64,000 nucleotides of DNA from Octopus sinensis (taxonomy: Eukaryota): positions 744,001-808,000 of the forward strand of contig NW_021831284.1 in NCBI RefSeq assembly GCF_006345805.1, given 5' to 3'. A program made the translations under genes and the position numbers. The notes under the pieces are model-generated. The model did not search any database. It had not been told where the DNA came from and was given only the letters and a program-made list of their open reading frames with translations. Positions 61,253 through 64,000 of this stretch are shown one piece after another (the first letter of the stretch is position 1; each line of letters begins with the position of its first letter).

Positions 61253-62894
61253 TTCAAATCTATTATAAATAAATATACTTGTTAATTTTGTATTCATAAA
61301 TTAATAACATTAGCCATTCATTAACATTTATTTTTTAAAAAAAGACTAGCCTACTTGAATATATAAAAACGAACTAATCTAGAACAATCTATCTTTTAAT
61401 GTAAAAAATTTGCGGAATTCATTGAATCAATTAATAAAATTGTTAACAAAAAATATTGACAGTTAACTATTCTATTGCTCAACGTAATCAATATTGTTTT
61501 TCTCTAAAGATTTGCTACTTATTAGACTAAGCACAATAATTAATAAGCATAAACTCAACTAGGATAGAAGAAATGAATTTTTACTTTAACCCAGTAACCT
61601 AAATACCTCAAAATAGAAATAGCTGATTATGAAAATATAAAACCATAAAACAAATATTTTTGATAACTATAGGGTATAATAATATGATTAAGATAAATAA
61701 GGAACCCATGATTGAAAATCAACCGAATAGTCCTAAATTAACAAAATCCGATTTTATAATGCTCGAAAAACCAAAAATTCCTAGCATAACTTAGAAATTT
61801 ATTGATATAATTAATTCAATTAAAATCTGTTATATTAGGAATATAGAATAATATTTAGGTAGTTTAAAGTTTAAATAATGGATTAATGCAGGAATTAAAC
61901 AAACTTTATAATTTAATGCAACAAAAATTCGAAAACAGGAACTAATAAAAAATTCAGTAATTTAACTAGCTTGTGGTTGCTCTATTGCTTATCGCAAACC
62001 ACAATTAACCTTTAATTGCAGAAAATTAATTTAAAGCGCCGAATGTTAAAAATAGATTTTTATTTCTGTAGACTTACGAAGTCGTTTTTTCTCAGAAAAT
62101 TGATATTAGTTAAAACTTTGATGGTTCATCTTTGGTGATTTTTGTATCTTTTGTCAATGCAGACATAATTTATAAATTGAAATATTCACAAACATAACAG
62201 AAAAGGCTGTGAAAAACCAGTTTTTCATGGATTGTTACTCCCTGAGATAATAAAATTTTTTTCTGATGAGGCATGACACTAATGTAATGAAACTAGATGT
62301 CTCCACAGAAAAGATTCAAAGATAAGGCGATTCATCAGTCATCTATACTTTTTTCCTTTTATTTTCGGTTTAATTTAGCAAATCCCGTGTACCAGACTGA
62401 ACCTAAGAAGTTCCTGCATGTGAAGGTGTCTGAGCACGAGGCGTTGTAACAAAAACTACTTATCGCTTAATTAGAGAAAAATTGTGCTTTTATCGGGACT
62501 TTTTCCTATTATCCAGACAGAGAGACTCTAAAAAATCTTTCAATTCTAAAATACGCGGGACAAGTGATTTCCCGAAATTGTGGTCAGTTTCAGGACCTGT
62601 ATAAATTATTAAATTTGAATCTCTAATGGATACTATGAATACTTTACAATATGCAGACTAGATGTATTTTAAGAAACAGCCTAAAATGCAAAATTACTTT
62701 ATTTTTCATGATATTCTACAAGATTAATTGAAATTTAATTCTTTAATTAACTAAATAGTGAATTGACAACCTTTGATCACAAACTGAAATAAAGTTCATT
62801 AAATACAATTTAGCGAAAACGAAAAACCTAGAAAAATTGCCAAGATAGTTGATAAAATAGATTATTAATATTTATTTATTAATAAAAAGACAAG

Positions 62895-63030
62895 AGAAAA
62901 ATCGTCATTGGCAGATAGCCAGAGTATTGCCTCTGACTATGGCTATGGATATTCGTTCTGTTAAATACCGGTGCTTACACTGGTCGCCGGTAACCCTTTC
63001 GATTAGTGAGCCAATCCGCTGGAATTATTA
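62895..63030 (-). mobile_element. CRE 3' fragment (family D, second copy)
   Basis: About 90% match to 12020-12140; 'TERISIAIVRGNTLAICQ*' with a TAAA-type tail. Confidence 0.8.
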
Positions 63031-63534
63031 ATTAAAAAAATTTTTTTCCAACTATATTTCAGTTTTTCCATTTAGTATTTTAAATCATAAGGGTAACAAT
63101 TTAAATATTAAGGATGGGGAAATTATTAAAACTTCAATATTCCTAAAGGATAAGAGAAATTTTTTTTAATTTTGCATTTCTACTTTAATTTTTTTAATTT
63201 GTTCAATGTGATATTACTGAATTCTAATAAAACAATTATTTTGTTTTTAATGTCAAATTTGTCAAAATTTTTAGCTTAACAAAAAACTATTGACACTGAA
63301 TTCACGTATTGATTTTATTTGTTACCTAAAAACAATTGTCATAGAATTGTGAATAGTTTTAAGATTCTCATATATTTTGCGCGTTTTTAAAGAATTTAGT
63401 TTAAGATCTTTAACTCTCGTGAAAATTATTCCTGAAATTAACAGAATGTTGAATAATTTAATAATTATTATTTTTTAAATTAAGTAGTCACAAAAAATGA
63501 AACCTTTATTAATAAAAAGAAACTAACTAATTAA

Positions 63535-63629
63535 TTTGTCGATGTGTTTGTCGATGTGTTTGTCGATGTGTTTGTCGATGTGTTTGTCGATGTGTTTGTC
63601 GATGTGTTGTCGATGTGTTTGTCGATGTG
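63535..63629. repeat. 12-bp minisatellite (TTTGTCGATGTG) x8
   Basis: Eight tandem units, one of them 11 bp. Confidence 0.97.
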
Positions 63630-63659
63630 GGTCACCTTCTCGTGGTGGCAAATGATAGT

Positions 63660-64000
63660 TTCTCATGGAATTAACTACCAAAAGACCCACTCTGCCGAGT
63701 CCTCCATTGAATTGGCTAACCTAAACAAACAAATCACCGCTGCCATTAACCTGCACGCAGATTCTAAGTGGACCGAATTTATCACTCAATCGACTACAGA
63801 TCTAACAGCTCCAAAATCTGGAAGACCCTGAAGGACATGAATGATTTGATTTATGAAAAGCCCAAGTCCCATGAATCTGCCACTTCTAACTCAAACATCC
63901 CACTGAATCCGGTTCAGGAGGCAAACTCGCTCATGAACTACTACGCCTCCTTAAGCCACAAAACCTCAAACAAAAACGATCGGAAGGTCGCCAAATCTCG
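63660..64000 (+). mobile_element. APE-LINE inter-domain fragment, related to the 14-16 kb LINE
   Basis: 'KWTEFI..KIWKTLK..EANSLMNYYASLSHK' resembles 'MWNTLK..SKLMKFYAGISHK' at about 15650-15754; runs off the window. Confidence 0.6.

Noticed and set aside
62380-62610. Possible transposon end (CGGGAC motifs)
   Set aside because: No partner TIR, TSD or ORF found.
63544-63831. ORF 'MFVDVFVDVF...' as a repeat protein
   Set aside because: It is a read-through of the minisatellite into a LINE fragment.

Overview
AT-rich eukaryotic nuclear DNA, most likely metazoan: the TEAD gene has a YAP-binding domain and an intron after GKMF-G, and CFAP206 and an axonemal dynein imply cilia. Introns are extremely short (about 24-31 nt) with degenerate donors, which fits a dicyemid-like parasite; that assignment is inference, not an identification. 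Apparently intact host genes are TIA1-like, CFAP206, CDV3-like, one DDHD-type phospholipase and TEAD. They sit in a matrix that is roughly half transposable elements: several CRE-type RLE retrotransposon families (two with an N-terminal PHD finger), APE LINEs (one with a 2A StopGo motif), an RTE, an R4-like fragment, a tRNA-derived SINE, and hAT/Buster, Tigger/pogo, Tc1 and Ginger-like DNA transposons. There are also broken gene copies (AGC kinase, DNAH12-like 3' part twice, DDHD copy 2). About 23968-55645 is a ~15.8-kb tandem duplication whose two units carry private insertions. The most notable signals are: 13 of 14 independent non-LTR insertions on the minus strand, PHD-bearing CRE elements, an in-frame RT-dynein chimeric ORF, a 146-bp exon+donor tandem array, and a templated CFAP206 fragment with a target duplication. 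Many 1-bp indels may be sequencing errors. All family assignments come from motif recognition, not database searches.
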